NCBI GenBank assembly: GCA_951406725.2
Contig: OX597833.1
Span: 33,170,001-33,234,000, forward strand
Reading direction: 5' to 3'
Origin: Octopus vulgaris
Taxonomy: Eukaryota
Length of the DNA stretch: 64,000 nt
The notes under the pieces are model-generated. The model had not been told where the DNA came from, ran no database searches, and saw nothing but the letters and a program-made list of their open reading frames with translations. The translations under genes were made by a program, and so were the position numbers. Shown here piece after piece: positions 1 to 12,724 of this stretch (the stretch's first letter is position 1; every line of letters starts with the position of its first letter).

Positions 1-3000
1 CGAGCAACTCGACCGGACCGTCGGTCCAGCGTCCCACGACGGAGGCGCTGATGGACGGCATGGGTTTGCTTCTCCAGGTGCCGAGTCGCAAGCCCACTAA
101 TTTTTCCCGGTTGATTTTCGCTCCTGTCAACGCTTCGTAGTCTTTCAGTGTCTCGCCAACCAGGTCGATGTGCTCGTGGCTAGACACTATAACGGTGACG
201 TCGTCCGCGTATGCAGACACGCTCGTCCCGCATCCCAATTCTCGCGGGATACCTCTTAGAGTTGCCAGCTTCCGCAATAATAGCTCGAGAGTCAATACGT
301 AGAGAAGCGACGAGAGGGGCCATCCTTGACGGACCGAACGTGCAATGTCGAAAGGTCTCGATAGATGTCCATTTACGCGAATTACCGAGCGGATACCTCT
401 GTACAAAGCGGCTATCTAACCGCGGAAAACAGAACCGAAACCAGCCGCTCTGAAGACAGCCTCCAAGTATCGATGGTCTACCCTATCGAAAGCTTTCGAT
501 TGATCCAAATTGATCAGCGCCCCACCCATGCCAGGTTCCTTAACTACCCTGTCTATGATGATGCGCATCAGGTGGATGTTGTCATGAATGCTCCGGCCCG
601 GCACGGCGCACGTTTGCGCCTTGTCGACCAGTTTCTCGATTGACAAGCGCCAACCTCTTGGCTAACACCTTGGCCAAAATTTTCAAGTCTGCATTAAGCA
701 GAGTGATGGGCCTAAAATTATCTATTACATCCCCCTTGTTTAGATCTTTCTTCATCAGTGTTACGGCTCCTCGGCTCACAAAACCAGGAATTCTCCCGTT
801 TTGCTGCCAGTTGCAGTACAGCGCTGCCAAGACGTCTCCAAACAAATCTGACATACAAATGTAAAGCTCGTAGGGTAGACCATCCAAACCCGGCGATTTG
901 TCCCTGGAGCATTCTGCCATCGCGAACTGCACTTCCTCCGCCGTGATGGCACCTTCGCACGCCCTACCTCTCTTGTCAAGAGTCGTGGTAGGCTGTGTAG
1001 GTAGGCACTGAAATCCACCCTACGTTCTTGCCCGCCACTCGTCCCGAACAGTCGGGCAAAATGCTGTTGAAAAGCCTCACGCATTTTACTTGACTCGAGC
1101 AATTCGCGTCCCTGTTCATCTACCAGAGACCGAATGGTGGCTTTGTTGCCCTGTTGCGCCTCTGCTACCCGAGCCTCTCGCGCAGCTCCAACACCTTCGT
1201 TCCTTAGAGCACGCATCCTAGCTCTGACAACACACCCTTCGTGTTTGGCGTTGAAGTGTTGATCGAGGGCCAACCTCGCCGCCAAAACGTCGGATGCGAT
1301 GCCGCTTCTAATTGCCTCTTCTAGCTTCTTAACTAGCTCACCCTCTACTGTTTCTATCTATGATTAGTGCTTTGCTGTACCTAATCGCTTCTGCTTTTAC
1401 TGCTCTCTTGGGGGCAAATCACCATTTGTTGTTGATGATGGCTCCCGTCAAAGCCCTCTTTACTAGTGTGCTAATCCGCTCTCTGAAAACCTGTCTCGAT
1501 GGGAAAGACGCGTTTAGTTTCCAGTATCCAGGACCCTGCCTATGTGTCTTACCTAAGTCTAGCGTACATGTCACAAGTTTGTGATCCGTGTAGCTGACTA
1601 TGTGGAATTGTGGACATCCTACGCTATCTCTATATACTGTCCTACACAGTATCCTATCTAGATACGATCTCGACGACTCGATGCGGTCACTCCATGTCCA
1701 CGTTGGCGCATTTAGGTGGTCGAGTCGGTACCTGAGAAGGTCTCTGAGGCATTTGCATCCCCGTCTATTCCTATCTCTGCCCACGTAGTCTACATGATGT
1801 GTTCAAGGTAGCATTCCAATCCCCCACTAAGAGTAAAGGACGAGACATTCCCAAGAATACTTCTAGACGTTGAAAGAAATCCGCCCGACCTGTTAAAGGC
1901 GGTGCGTAGACTGATACGAATCGAAAAGCGTACCCATTGCTGTCTCCGGATCTACGAATATTGTCTTTACTTTGAGATCTAGACTCTTGCGAAAAAGTAC
2001 AGCGGTGCCACTACCGCCCATCCTTGGCAGACAGGGGAAAATAAATGTTGAACTGTCCGCCAAACATGGTCTTTATGACCCGCGGATTGTGGAGTCTGGT
2101 TTCACTTATGGCTATGATTTCTAACTTGTCATTTAAGAGGTAACCTTGTTTCCAAGGGGACCCGAAGCCACGCGCATTTACACAACCAATCTTGATCATA
2201 ATCCTAGTGAATTAAAATACAAGCAAAAAGAACAGAGGGTTACTTACTGTTCGAAAGTTTTTGCTTTCTCCTCCTTTGGTTTGTCCTCGAGGAGTTTGGT
2301 TTGTCCTTTGGTTTGCCATTTACCAACCGCACTGGGGAAAATGCCTTTTAGTGTGTGGTGCAGACTTCTGGAGTTATGTAGTATTTTGATGTCATCCGGT
2401 GGTGTTGTGTATGGGTGATTGTTTGTTTTTATGTCATCTTCAACGTGGTCGCCTGCCCTCTACCACTACATAGAGTTTGTAGCCTTCTGGTAGTTCTATA
2501 GTGGTGGGTATCTTTTCTCTTGTTGTTTCATCCAATTGAAGGAGGAATTGGATTGATTTTCCCACCCAGTTTTACTGTTCTAGAATAGCGATTTCAAGAA
2601 TGTTTGTCTCTACCATTTCAAAGCAGATGGCAGAGACTAACCATTATATTTCGACTTCAGATGGAACATTTTTTATTTGGACTTTCGTCACCCTCTAGCC
2701 TAAATAAGTTGTTATCATCACCAAGTCCTCTGAATGTGGAAAATCGTTTTGTTAGATTTTCGTTGTGGAAACGTACTTGGACTGTGCCAAATTTATGTCC
2801 CCAACTAACATACTCCTTTGAATCCTTTCAATTTTTTCCTGTGGTGCACTTTCTGGTCGTCTTGTCTTCTTGTTGATGACTTTGTATATTATTGTTTTTT
2901 TTTGTGCGTTTTCCACGATGTGTTGTGGAATGTGAAGATGCGATTTATCTCCTTCTTTGGTGAAAAGTGCCTTTGTGAGGTTTATTTCCTGTGCGGTGAA

Positions 3001-3690
3001 TTTTACGATTGTCCTTTTTTGTTTTATGGCTTCCGCGAAGTTTGTTTTATTTTTGGTGGTGTTAATGGCAGGGGAGTTTGTTGTAGCAGTTGAAGTCGTG
3101 GTAGTCGTGTTGGTGTTGGCGGTGTTGTCTTCGGTGGGCGGCTTTGTGCTGATTTCGTTGTTGTTGTTGTTGGTAGTGATGGTGGTGGTACTGGCATTCA
3201 TGTTTGCGTCTGTATTCCTTTTTGTAATCCCTTTCTCCGTTCTTCTTTCAACGACAGGTGGTGTAGGTGGTGGAGGGAAATCTAAGTTAATGTCTTTGGT
3301 GGCGGCGATGGTGAATGGTCTTGCGATGTTAGTTTTGCTGTTGTTGTTGTTGAAGGTGGTGGTGGTGGTGGTGACAGCGGTGTTCAAGCTGCGAGGTTTA
3401 GCAGCAAATGGCAGCAATTGTGTTTCGCTACCGTTCCGCATGACTGGCGGGCTAGCCACGTGGTTTCCAGTTGCCATTTTCAAAATGAAAAATGGCTAAA
3501 AAGAACCCACGAAAGTTTTGAAACTTTTGGTAATTTCGCCCATACAGGGGCGGAATTCTACGTGAATAATTCTCAGGTCTTTTAGTGAATGCTCTTGCAC
3601 AACGATTAAAAACAAAATATTTGACAAGGAGTTTTAAACATGTAAAAGTGGCCAACTTACGTGGAGCCCATTTGATTAGCGTCCGTCCAT
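1..3690 (-). mobile_element. Tx1/L1-clade non-LTR retrotransposon, degraded; 3' part runs off the window
   Basis: Frameshifted ORF2 pieces on minus: APE endonuclease start (MIKIGCVNARG...ISETR, 2011-2199; SYLDRIL, SYTDHKLV, GPGYWKLN), RT (KSPGLDGLPYE, NFRPITLLNADLKILAK, LDQSKAFDRVDH, RQGCPLSPLLY and YADD near 190-340); ORF1-like 2752-3483 upstream. Confidence 0.9.
2752..3483 (-). pseudogene. ORF1 N-terminal remnant of the Tx1-like element (Thr/Asn/Pro-rich)
   Basis: 243-aa ORF upstream of the endonuclease on the same strand; low-complexity N-terminus followed by TNFAEAIK. Confidence 0.55.
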
Positions 3691-3694
3691 GCTG

Positions 3695-6400
3695 AGATAG
3701 ATAACTTAGATTGGTTTCGGCCATTATCGGCCCAGGCCATGACTAACTCAATAGCACCACCTGGAAAAGTCTTTTAGTTAATTATTTCGGGACACCATGG
3801 ACCACTTGAGCAGAAAGTTGTTGTTGGTTGAGACGAATCCATGTGTAGGTGGTTTATCCGGTATTTCCCGAAGGAATATGTCCAGGTACAGTTTGAAAGT
3901 TGTTGGGTCTTTTTCTACTTTAATTTCTTTTGGAATTACATTGAAAAGTGCAGGACCATTTGCTGTGAAGAAATTTTGTCGCAATGTTCTTATGTGATGA
4001 GATCGCGACCTTTGTAGGGGACGCATTGCACGGGGGCCTAATCTTGGGTGAATTGTAAACATAATGCCAATATCATTTGGATAATATTGATGGAATATAT
4101 TTCCACATGGTGCAAATAATGTATCGCTCGCGGCGGCGTTGCAGAGAATAGAGCTTCAGCTGTTCAAGTCGAGCCCAATAATCAAGTCCCATCATGCCAT
4201 TTATTTTTCTTTGTGATTGATCTTTGTGGCGCTTCGATCCTACTAATGTCTTGTTTTTTGTAGGGGAACCACAATGGGCAGCAGTATTCGAGGTGAGACC
4301 TAGCGAATATGGAGAAGAGAAGGATAATGGTTTCATGATCTCTAGATTGGAAAGTTCTGAGGATCGATGAGCACATTCTGCGGGCAACATCGACTTTTTG
4401 TTGATGTGCACACTCCAACTAAAGTTGCTGTCGACAATTACACCTAAGTCTCTGATATTATCTGACGCTTCAAGTAGGTCTCCCGACGGCAGTGTATATG
4501 GTTATTTGAGTGTGCCCTCTCTTCCAAAGTGGATGAGCTCAAATATTTCTTCGTTCAACTGCATATTGTTTTGTTTTGTTTTTTTTGTGTGTGCCCACTG
4601 GGTTACTGCGCATAGGTCCGATTGAAGCATTGTTCGATCATATGCTCCCTTAAGGACTTTCTGGAGCTTAGATTCTTCTGCAAATATTTTTATGGTGCTA
4701 TGTTCAATGGAATCTGCAATGTCATTGATATAGTGGTGGAGGAACTGTGTTAGACAGTCCCTCCCACCACGAAAGCCATACTGGTTGCAATTTAGGAGAT
4801 GATTTTGTTCAAGGAAGGCTGTTATTCTTGATCTCAACACCTTCTCAAATACTTTGATGATATGTGATGTAAGTGAGACTGGGCGGTAGCTTACAGGGAG
4901 CGATTTATTCCCCTTTTTAAAGATAGGAAAGACTAACTGGGAGAGAAGGTGTGCAAGTTGCAAGAGGAGCTGCAAGTTGCTGTCTGCATCCTTCTAGCAC
5001 TCTAGCAGGGAATCTGTCGGACCTACTGCTGAATCAGGTTTGATTTCTTTATTGCTACTAGGATATCAGTGACATCGAAGGAAAGGACATGTCGAGGATT
5101 CACAGTAGCAAAGCTGCTTGTGTCAACTGAATCAGAGTCACTGAAGACAGAGCAGTATTTACTTTGCAGGATCTCAGCCACATATTTGGCATCACTGTGA
5201 AGGACGCCGTTTCCGTCAACCAGTGGGCCGATAGAAGAAACTGTATTCCTATATGTTTTTGCAAAGGAGTAAAAGACCTTAAGATTATTCTTGATGTTTT
5301 TAATAGCCCAGGCTTCCTCTGCAGCTCTTTAATCGTTTATAAGGGTTTTCATACAGTCCTGCAGTTGTTGCTTCCTTGATTCCAAAGTTGCTAATGTTCT
5401 CGATTGGGGGTGATGCTGATGGTGGTATTTTAGGGTATTGATTTTTCGGTTTATTCTTTTTATTCTACTGGTGAGAGATTTTCTGTTTTGGAACCCTGCA
5501 TCTACTTTTGTTTATGAGTTGTGAGGGTGTGTGTTTTGAACATATGTGGGTGACTGTGTCCTCAAATAGTTGCCATGCGTTTGTGTTTGTTGTGGTATTG
5601 GAGGAAGCAAGGGTGAAGGACCAGTCCACTTGCGATAAGTTTAAATGATCGCATTCCAGTTTGACTTATGTAACATTATGTTATCAAATGGGTGCACTGG
5701 AGTTATTGATTTATGCCAAATTTTTGGATGTTGAAGATTGAGGATACAGAGTACTATGTCATGATCGGAGAGAAGGGTTCTTTCCACTGTGATGTTATGA
5801 ATAGTGTTGGCATGGTTGCTTAGCACTAGGTCCAAGACACTTTGGTTATTTCTGGTTGGTTCATGGACAAGTTGTGACAGGAAAAATTATCCATAAATTA
5901 AAAAATTAACTCCCACTGCTGCTTTGTCTGAGCTTGAGGTGAAGGTTCTTGGTTTAACAATATTAGTGGACCAGTCTACAGAGGCTAGGTTGAAGTAACC
6001 CATCATCAGAATATTTTCTGGGTTACATTACAGGCACTCTTGGAAATAGTTTAAGGGTGCTTGTGCGAGTCTGTAGAGCCCAATCATAGACAGGTCTTTA
6101 CCTTTTTTGTGTACAGAGACTAATTTGCAGTAGCCGTTGTAGAAAATGTCCTTGGTATCTGCAAGGAGGAAAACAGCAACTCCATCCTTTCTTCGGCCTG
6201 CCCGATCAGCGCGAATGGCAGTGAAGTCTCTGATTTTCATTATAGCCTCTAAATGACAGTCGTTTAGGTGGATCTCAATTAGGACAAAGAAAGGAATTGG
6301 ATGTGAGTGTGCTGCAATCTATCCCTTAATGTAGGGTATTATCCACTTTTGAGCCTTGATGGCTGGGTTGAAACCTTGGGCATTAAGGAGGAAACCCACT
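3695..6400 (-). mobile_element. CR1/L2-group LINE, degraded ORF2 (endonuclease + RT)
   Basis: LLNAQG near 6375, LDLVLSN...LSDHDIV (5641-5835), PIFKKG...YRPVSLTSHIIKVFEK...QYGFR (4502-4975), ARSHLEYCCPLW, RLEQLKLYSLQRRRERY. Confidence 0.85.
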
Positions 6401-7432
6401 TTACGCGAAGTGGAAAAAACATTTACACGGAGAGAATAAACTAATTCACGTGCAAAATTAAATAACTCGACAAAAAGAAACAAAATTTTTGTTGGGTAAA
6501 CTTACGAAAATCGTAAAATATGGAAGACTTGTTAGCTGGGGTAGTTGAGTTGCAAAAACAGCAACAACAACAACTCGAGAACAACAACAAGGAGTGCAGC
6601 AGCAAATGTTACAACACGTAGAGTTGATAACCAAACCGGAGAATACATTTTCATCTAAACACGTAGCAAATTCTATAAGCGAATTCAAATATGACCCCGA
6701 AGAAGGAGTAACCTTTGAGGCTTACTTTCGAAGATTTGAACAAATTTTTGGAAAAGATTGTCAAGATTGGACGGACGAAATGAACACGCGTCTAGTTTTA
6801 AGAAAAGTAACGACAGCAGAGCATGATACTAGATGGAAATGTTTAAACATAGAAAAGAGCGACGATGAAGACTTCACTACTTACACAGGCAGAGTCAACA
6901 AAGAGTGTGAAATATTTAGGCTGGATATTATTACTCCAGATCTTTTCAAGTCTTGGAATTTTGCACAAAGATTGTCAGATAAATGGGATGCAGAAATCCG
7001 AACGAAAATTCTAGTAAAACGGGAAATGAACCAGGATTTGACATTACAGAAACTGTCGGAAGATATTTCTGATATTAAAATTAAGAAGAAATTCAACGGA
7101 AAGTGTGTTTTCACATAAGACCAGTGCAAGGAGTTGGAAGACAAATAAAGTGTAGCAGGAAAAACAGAGAAAATATTGGAATGTAGACCCATGTATGGCA
7201 TGTGGTGAGATGCAGCTGATAAAAGATTGCCCGAATAAAAAAGCAAAGTGTTTTTGCTGTAGGTTTACAGGGCATATAAAATCGCACTGCAAAACCAGAA
7301 TGATAGGAAAATGGAATAAACAACAAAAAAGGAATAGTTTGTCAGCAGGAAAAACTGTGACTACAACAAATAGAAAATTCGTGAATGTGAGAATTGAAAC
7401 CACTAGTGTCAGGATGCAATTAGACACAGATA
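6400..7432 (+). mobile_element. Ty3/Gypsy LTR-retrotransposon gag-protease fragment
   Basis: gag-like FKYDPEEGVTFEAYFRRFEQIF; zinc knuckles ending CFCCRFTGHIKSHC; aspartic protease start VRMQLDT cut off at about 7430. Confidence 0.8.
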
Positions 7433-8878
7433 TCTGGGAGCATTTCTATGAGAGGTCGTAATACCTGTGAGATGAAGTAGGACATTCTATAATTGCTGGA
7501 GATATTCGCTCCGCAAACTGGTGGGGTTGGGGAGGGGCGCATGACAGGGTTTATGTAGGGTTTATGGTCTTTGCGTAATCTGTATAGTGGTAGGAACATC
7601 ATTGATGGACGCTTGGAAATTCTGTACAGTCCGTTTCTTTGGTTGGAGTATGTTGCACCACATTCCCATGTGTGTATTGAGGAGTTTTTGCACTCATATG
7701 GTGTTAAACTTCTCCCATGCTACGGATGTGTTGTTGCATGGCCTGGACATAGTTCTGTGGACTGTCTATTGACAGTCTGCTAGACTTGTCCGTCGGGAGG
7801 CACACCAATTTCCTGTTCGTAATTCGCTGTTTCAGTTTTTGTAAGCTTTTTGGCAACAAATGAACTGAGTTGGTGGTCCCCTCCACATTGTTTTTAGTGG
7901 ATTTGTTGTACTGGTTTAAGATGTGTCGAAGTTTGTTTCTAGCTAAGGAGATTTTTGCTTCTGTTTCACTGTCAGTTTGGGATGAGATACATACCTTTCT
8001 GTTGAAGGGTAAATCTGTGGGGTAGATCCTCGTCATGTCATAAGATTTGTTAAGGTTACGGAAGACAGTGTAGAGTATTATTATCATTGTGGTTGTTATT
8101 ATTGGTGGTGGCAGTGCTTGTACTGTGCCCATTTTTGTTGTTGTTGCTATTGTTGTGGGTGGTGTTGTTGTTGGTGTTGACGTGGGTGGTGTTGTTGGAT
8201 ATGGTGTGGATGACATGGTTGGTATTATCGTCTGCGTGGAGGATGTTGTTGTCATTGTTGCTGTTGCTATTATCATCGTTATTATTGTTGTTTCGGTTTC
8301 GTATGTTTGTGTTGTTGTTGTTATAGGTGTTTGAGTGGGGAATGTTGTGGTTATCATTATTATTGTTATTGCCACTAATGCTGTTGTCATCAACATCGCT
8401 ATTGTTATTGTTGTTGTTTCGGTTTCGTATGTTCGTGTTGTTGTTGTATTGTCTTAACCTCCATCTTAATTTTAAGAACATTGTTTTTCAATTTCAGATA
8501 GACAATCCATTTTTTGACCTTTTTATACGTAGCAAATTTCGGTGCTAACTCTAAAGCATGCATTTCATCTGTATCTAGCTGTACTGCACCGTATATTCCA
8601 AAAGTGTAATTGTTGTTGTTGTTGTTGGCGGTGGAAGTATTGTTTTCCGGTTTCCTGGCGCCGAAGTCGCCTGGTAGTTTACATTCCGACATACACAATC
8701 CCGTCCATATTGTTTGAGTATTTGTATTGATTCTTACCATGCTGGGATCGTTGTTGTTGCTGTTTCATCCACTTGAGTTTGTTGTTGAAGTGTTTGTTAC
8801 AGACATGGATTACTCGGTGGTATTCTTGTTGGATGTTTGTCACCGGTAAAGTTGCCAATCATTTACTTATTTGTTTTT

Positions 8879-8915
8879 CTAAAATTTTCGTTGCGTCTTG
8901 CAACCTTTTCAATAG
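8879..8915 (-). ncRNA. Minimal type-I hammerhead-like motif, U3-A8 core
   Basis: Minus strand: CTA TTGAAAA G GTTGC-AAGAC-GCAAC GAAA AT T T TAG; helix I only 3 bp. Confidence 0.5.
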
Positions 8916-9488
8916 TTGTCGACTCTGTCCGTTATCCGAGTTGCGTTCTTTTTGTTTGTTAGTGCGCATGTGTGTGGGTCAGTGTGTGTGCACATACACA
9001 TGTATTTATGTATGCATGAATGTAAGTGTGTGTACCTCTGTCTCCTTGTGTGCGCATATCTGAGTGTGTCTGTGTATGTGGGTGGGGGGCTTGTAACTAT
9101 GTTCTGTGTCTATGTATGGATGTGTATCTCTGTATGTGTGGATGCATGTCGCCATATGTGTCCTTGTGTGAAGTGAAGTGTGTGTGTGTGTGTGTATTGT
9201 CATGCACACACAAGGAGACAGAGGTATACATATACACACATGCAAACACACACACACAAATACACAAGCACATGAATATGCAGAATGCCTACATACTAAT
9301 GTACACTCATACATACATAAATACACACGTACACACACATACATACAGGCATACATGCACACATACATGCATGCATGCATACATACACACACACACACAT
9401 ACATATGTATGTGCACACACACTGACCCACGCACATGCGCACAAACAAACAAAAAGAACGCAGCTCGGATAATGGACAGAGTCAATAA

Positions 9489-9525
9489 CTATTGAAAAGG
9501 TTGCGAGACGCAACGAAAATTTTAG
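9489..9525 (+). ncRNA. Minimal type-I hammerhead-like motif, U3-A8 core (inverted copy)
   Basis: CTA TTGAAAA G GTTGC-GAGAC-GCAAC GAAA AT T T TAG. Confidence 0.5.
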
Positions 9526-9627
9526 AAAAATAAATAAGTAAATGAATGGAAACTTTACCGGTGAGTGTGTTAAATTACAATGCACTAAAAGAGAATGACT
9601 ATTCCCTGACGAAATATGTGTGTGTGT

Positions 9628-9692
<65 letters not shown>

Positions 9693-10495
9693 CATACAAA
9701 AAATATATACATAATTATATACAAGGTAAGAATTCAGATTCATTTTCTTCTAGTGCATTTCTAATCTATAAAATTACGTAGCAAAAGAAAGTATATATAG
9801 TGAATGAAAAAAAACGGTGCTCTTCCATTTATTTTGCACTGAGTCACACAAATTTTTTCCTTTTCAGCATCACCTTCGTAAATGCAGAAGACCGTGATTG
9901 GTCTACTAGATACTTATACATAATTAATGTAACATTCAATATAAATTTAATAAATGAATGTATTTATAAATCTTTCACAAACAGTGTAAAATCATATATT
10001 TATACTTTATATTCTGCGACGATACACTCTTGAAGGTTCTATATATGTGCACACACCCGCGCGTGTGTGGTTGTACAATTTATGATACAAAATAAATATA
10101 TAGATAAAAGGATTTCTCGTAAATATCTTAAAAGTTTGCATTTGCACTCAATATTTTTCAGAGTCTGGCTGATGGTGGACAGTATTTACCGGAAGCAATA
10201 ATACATGTGTAGTAATAAATTAAAGTAACATTTGAGAGTATAGTTGAAATCAATCGAAAATAAAAGTATCTGTTCCTTGGACAACGGTGACGACGGTGAT
10301 AAAGGTGACATTGCCACTTCAAAATATATAAACAGGGAAAGGCAACGAAACAACTAGTAGTTAATATGCTGAATCATTTCAGTGTGATACAAGGGAATGC
10401 CTAAAGGAAACCGAAGACTACTGAAACTTTGGTCTCTACTGACACCCAATGTATATACGAGCGCGTCTGGGTTTATATACATTATATAAATATCG

Positions 10496-10693
10496 ATTTC
10501 AAATTTTGGTACAAGGTCAGCAATTTCGGGGAGGAGTAAGTCGATTACATAGACCCTAGTGATCTACTGGTACTTATTTTGTCGACCCCTAAACGATAAA
10601 ATGTAAAGTCGACTACGGCGTAATTAGAACTCAGAACGTTAAGAGGTCGAAATGTCGCTAATCATTTTTCCTGGCATGCCAGCTGGCTGCCTT
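10496..10693 (-). mobile_element. Degenerate tRNA-derived SINE (Nin-domain-like family)
   Basis: Diverged reverse-complement match to the SINE units at 28399-29165. Confidence 0.6.
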
Positions 10694-10848
10694 GCATTAT
10701 ATAAACATTACATTACACACACGTATGTGTGTGTATACATGTGTATAAATATATTTATATGTATGTAAATATATATATGTATTGAGCCATCAACTATGCA
10801 TTTCGCCCCATATCCTGCTACACACACACACATGTATGTATGTGTGTG

Positions 10849-10896
<48 letters not shown>

Positions 10897-10899
10897 CAT

Positions 10900-11000
<101 letters not shown>

Positions 11001-11201
11001 TATACATAGCTATATATATATATATATAACATAAGGGGGATCAGCCATCTGAATGTGGCTAGGGTCAGGGCGGGGTGGTGGGGGTGTTACTGATGCATTT
11101 AGCCCCAGGCGAACATCAACGTCACCAGAAGAGCTGACACCATCTCGGTGTCCTTGCCAGCCTGCAAAGGGAGATCAGCCTCCCCGAAGATACGGATACT
11201 A

Positions 11202-11244
11202 CACACGGACCGATTTCGAGGTTATTGCCTCTTGTCAACGTATG
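11202..11244 (-). ncRNA. Minimal type-I hammerhead ribozyme, U3-A8 core
   Basis: CATACG TTGACAA GAGG-CAATAA-CCTC GAAA TCGG TC CGTGTG. Confidence 0.75.
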
Positions 11245-11440
11245 GTAAGCACCGCTCTTCGTTGAGGGACTCTCTCTACAGGCTGGATATATAGATTTTC
11301 ACAGTAACCACAGTCACTGGCGTAGAAAATCCGTTCGAAAACAATAATAAATCTCTGAGCGAGATATAAACAGTAACTGCTCTACAACATAAGGGGGATC
11401 AGCCATCTGAATGTGGCTAGGGTCAGGGCGGGGTGGTTAC

Positions 11441-11483
11441 CATACGTTGACAAGAGGCAATAACCTCGAAACCGGTCCGTGTG
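11441..11483 (+). ncRNA. Minimal type-I hammerhead ribozyme, U3-A8 core, GUC site
   Basis: CATACG TTGACAA GAGG-CAATAA-CCTC GAAA CCGG TC CGTGTG; 6-bp helix I, 4-bp helix II, palindromic ACCGGT helix III. Confidence 0.8.
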
Positions 11484-11697
11484 TAGTATCCGTATCTTCG
11501 GGGAGGCTGATCTCCCTTTGCAGGCTGGCAAGGACACCGAGATGGTGTCAGCTCTTCTGGTGACGTTGATGTTCGCCTGGGGCTAAATGCATCAGTAACA
11601 CCCCCACCACCCCGCCCTGACCCTAGCCACATTCAGATGGCTGATCCCCCTTATGTTGTAGAGCAGTTACTGTTTATATCTCGCTCAGAGATTTATT

Positions 11698-11783
<86 letters not shown>

Positions 11784-11828
11784 AGAGAACAAGATGTACG
11801 TTACGCCACAATAATATATGTATAAAAA

Positions 11829-12053
11829 ATATATATAAAAATACAAAATGGGACAAGAAAGCAAAACACTCAAAGAGACGACACAAAAATCGGACGGGTC
11901 ATTCGAAGCCGCTAATCTTCAGTCAAGAGCCGAAATTGCGAGGATGATCCGGTTCTTGACTGAAGATAAGAGGCTTCGAATGACCCGTCCGTTTTTTGTG
12001 TCGTTTCTTTGAGTGTTTTGCGTTCTTGTCCCATTTTGTATTTTTATATATAT
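11829..12053. repeat. Fold-back element, about 104-bp arms with a 17-nt spacer, between (TA)n tracts
   Basis: 11829-11932 is an imperfect reverse complement of 11950-12053. Confidence 0.85.
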
Positions 12054-12059
12054 CATTTT

Positions 12060-12115
<56 letters not shown>

Positions 12116-12117
12116 GT

Positions 12118-12159
<42 letters not shown>

Positions 12160-12380
12160 ATACACACACATACATACATGGGGCGAAATGCATAGTTGAT
12201 GGCTCAATGTACGTTGTCGTGTATAGGGGATGAGGATAGGCGTGTTGGACATCAAAGGAAAACAATGATGAAAGTATCAGGATGTAGTTTAGATAATTTA
12301 TTTGATCAACAGTCGCATCTACGTCTTGGATACACAAAGCTTGGTTCGAAATGTCAATAAAGGCCGCTACATAAAGTAAA

Positions 12381-12724
12381 CTACTTCGAGTGGACAAAAG
12401 GAAAAAGAACAGGAGAAATAGAATGTTGATTTGATGAGATAGTACATCTTTTGTGTATTTTTGCAAGTAGAAAATGAAGACACTGTCATTAGAAATCTAT
12501 CTACTTAACTTCAGATGTCAGACTTCCTACATTAGCCTTTGCCTATAACGCTACTTCGAGTGGACAAAAGGAAAAAGAACAGGAGAAATAGAATGTTGAT
12601 TTGATGAGATAGTACATCTTTTGTGTATTTTTGCAAGTAGAAAATGAAGACACTGTCATTAGAAAGCTATCTACTTAACTTCAGATGTCAGACTTCCTAC
12701 ATTAGCCTTTGCCTATAACGCTAC
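12381..12724. repeat. Tandem duplication of a 170-bp unit
   Basis: CTACTTCGAGTGGAC...GCCTATAACG occurs twice back to back, nearly identical. Confidence 0.9.

Larger units (their letters stand above)
7433..9564 (-). mobile_element. Penelope-like element: 5' part of ORF with an inverted pseudo-LTR pair
   Basis: Broken minus-strand ORF with PLE N-terminal motifs (ALELAPKFA, FLKLRWRL, LVCLPTDKSSRL, KDHKP..MRP); inverted repeat 8840-about 9058 vs about 9200-9564. Confidence 0.8.
11028..11702. mobile_element. ORF-less retrozyme or Penelope-pLTR-like element: 358-bp unit, partial tandem copy and inverted copy, within (TA)n
   Basis: 11028 repeats at 11386; 11437-11702 is the reverse complement of 11341-11385 joined to 11028-11248; (TA)n on both flanks. 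Confidence 0.8.

Noticed and set aside
9006-9764. ORFs rich in HT/CV/YI repeats here and at 10.7-12.2, 13.9, 21.5 and 57-58.8 kb
   Set aside because: Translations of (CA)n/(TA)n microsatellites, not genes
10160-10215. CTGATGG...GGAAGC decayed hammerhead candidate
   Set aside because: Several core mismatches and no helix I or III support
11053-11632. Duplicated 70-aa ORF on both strands
   Set aside because: By-product of the inverted duplication; non-ATG start and no recognisable protein motifs
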